Shown: piece by piece, positions 63,021 through 64,000 of the stretch
Position numbering within the stretch: the first letter of the stretch is position 1
How the letters are laid out: the number at the start of each line of letters is the position of its first letter
DNA from: Callorhinchus milii
Taxonomy: Eukaryota
Assembly (NCBI RefSeq): GCF_018977255.1
Contig: NW_024704743.1
Coordinates: 56,236,001-56,300,000 of the forward strand
DNA length: 64,000 nucleotides
Reading direction: 5' to 3'
Program-made: the position numbers and the translations under genes
The notes under the pieces: generated by a model
Database searches by the model: none
Seen by the model: only the letters and a program-made list of their open reading frames with translations
Told to the model about the DNA's origin: nothing

Positions 63021-64000
63021 GCACTGTCTTGGAGTTTCAGACAAGATTATAAACTCAAAACCCCAATGTGAGGCTTTACCTACAACTGTCAGGCCAGAGT
63101 GTTACCAACTGATCAAGATTGACACCGCACTGCCCCATTGACTGATATGTCACTCCAAGTCCTGATGACAACCCAGGCTGGCACATGTGTCTTCAGCAGT
63201 GCCGTGGAATAGTGCGGCCTGACGTGGCTCAGGAACTGGACTAGTGACCGACCAAACAATTTCACTCGATTTGGAATCACATTGGAGCACGCTATACCTT
63301 CATCCTCTAGCCCTCCACCCTACCACTGGAAGATTTTTTTAATACTTAATATGTGCAGGTTTTAGGTCTTACTAACAAAATGGGTAAGTGATTCACTCAC
63401 TGGGGAAATAAATGCAAGATATAAAAGAGCAAAAAATTTGTTAAAATTTGGTTTCTTCTGTTCCACTAAAAATAGAACCCGTTTATCTATCCGTTCCTTC
63501 TGGAAAATTAATATTGTACAAGATTATGCATGAAGATGGTTAGCTTCAACAATCAAATCTCTAAATAGTCTCTGGCAGACAAGGGTCATCTTGCTGCACT
63601 AATCCATTCTCATCCTGACCCATTTCCATTAAGGTACAAGGAATTAAAAGCTTTATAAAGTAGAACTCCCTGTATAACAGTTGCATCTGATGATGAAACT
63701 TTGATTAATGTGTGCTTGTCAATAGAGGTCATCATAACATACAACTATGACTTCCTCAGCAGTTCATACGGTGGACAGAACAGCTAGGATACTACCCATC
63801 CTGTGGTTGGTGGTGAAATCATGCTGTTGTGAGAAGTCTCAAAGCAGTTAACTTGGGTCTGGAAACAAAGCTTCAATTACCTTCAAATGTGTTCCCATAT
63901 AAATGCCAAAGGAAATAAACATTTGGCTTTCCTAACTGAATTGAATAATGTTGACTTTCATGCATATTTCCAGTCAGTTATTAACACTTTTGCTTCTGAA

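Noticed and set aside
63686..63702. ctgatga-t-gaaac hammerhead-like core
   Set aside because: Only 1 nt lies between the core boxes, so stem II cannot form, and no stems I/III are evident.
1..64000. CRISPR arrays, operons or other prokaryotic/viral systems
   Set aside because: No regularly spaced repeats and no long ORFs; the window is spliced vertebrate DNA.

Overview
Eukaryotic (vertebrate) genomic DNA, AT-rich and CpG-poor. The repeat content (tRNA-headed Deu-domain SINEs, L2 and CR1 LINE 3' ends, Penelope-type pieces) points to a cartilaginous fish, possibly a chimaera; the taxon is inferred. The only host coding sequence I can support is two + strand exons (307-396 and 2436-2596) of a type I diacylglycerol kinase. 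It is most like DGKB, but DGKG or DGKA is not excluded. The next expected exon (DASIAHRF...) was not found, so the remaining ~61 kb is most likely one giant intron filled with nested retroelements. Almost all ORFs in the supplied track are spurious or off-frame readings of repeats. I found no convincing new multi-gene system. The most notable observations are: a Trp-to-Ser change in the conserved [15 protein letters not shown] motif; a ~172-bp near-perfect inverted repeat (10312-11578); two pre-miRNA-like hairpins (22414-22477, 43764-43834); a TA-flanked MITE (48102-48546); two decayed non-LTR retrotransposons unlike L2/CR1; a candidate recursive splice site; and repeated antisense SINE-into-SINE insertion at the same tail position. 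Repeat boundaries are approximate, and family names rest on recalled consensus sequences, not database searches.
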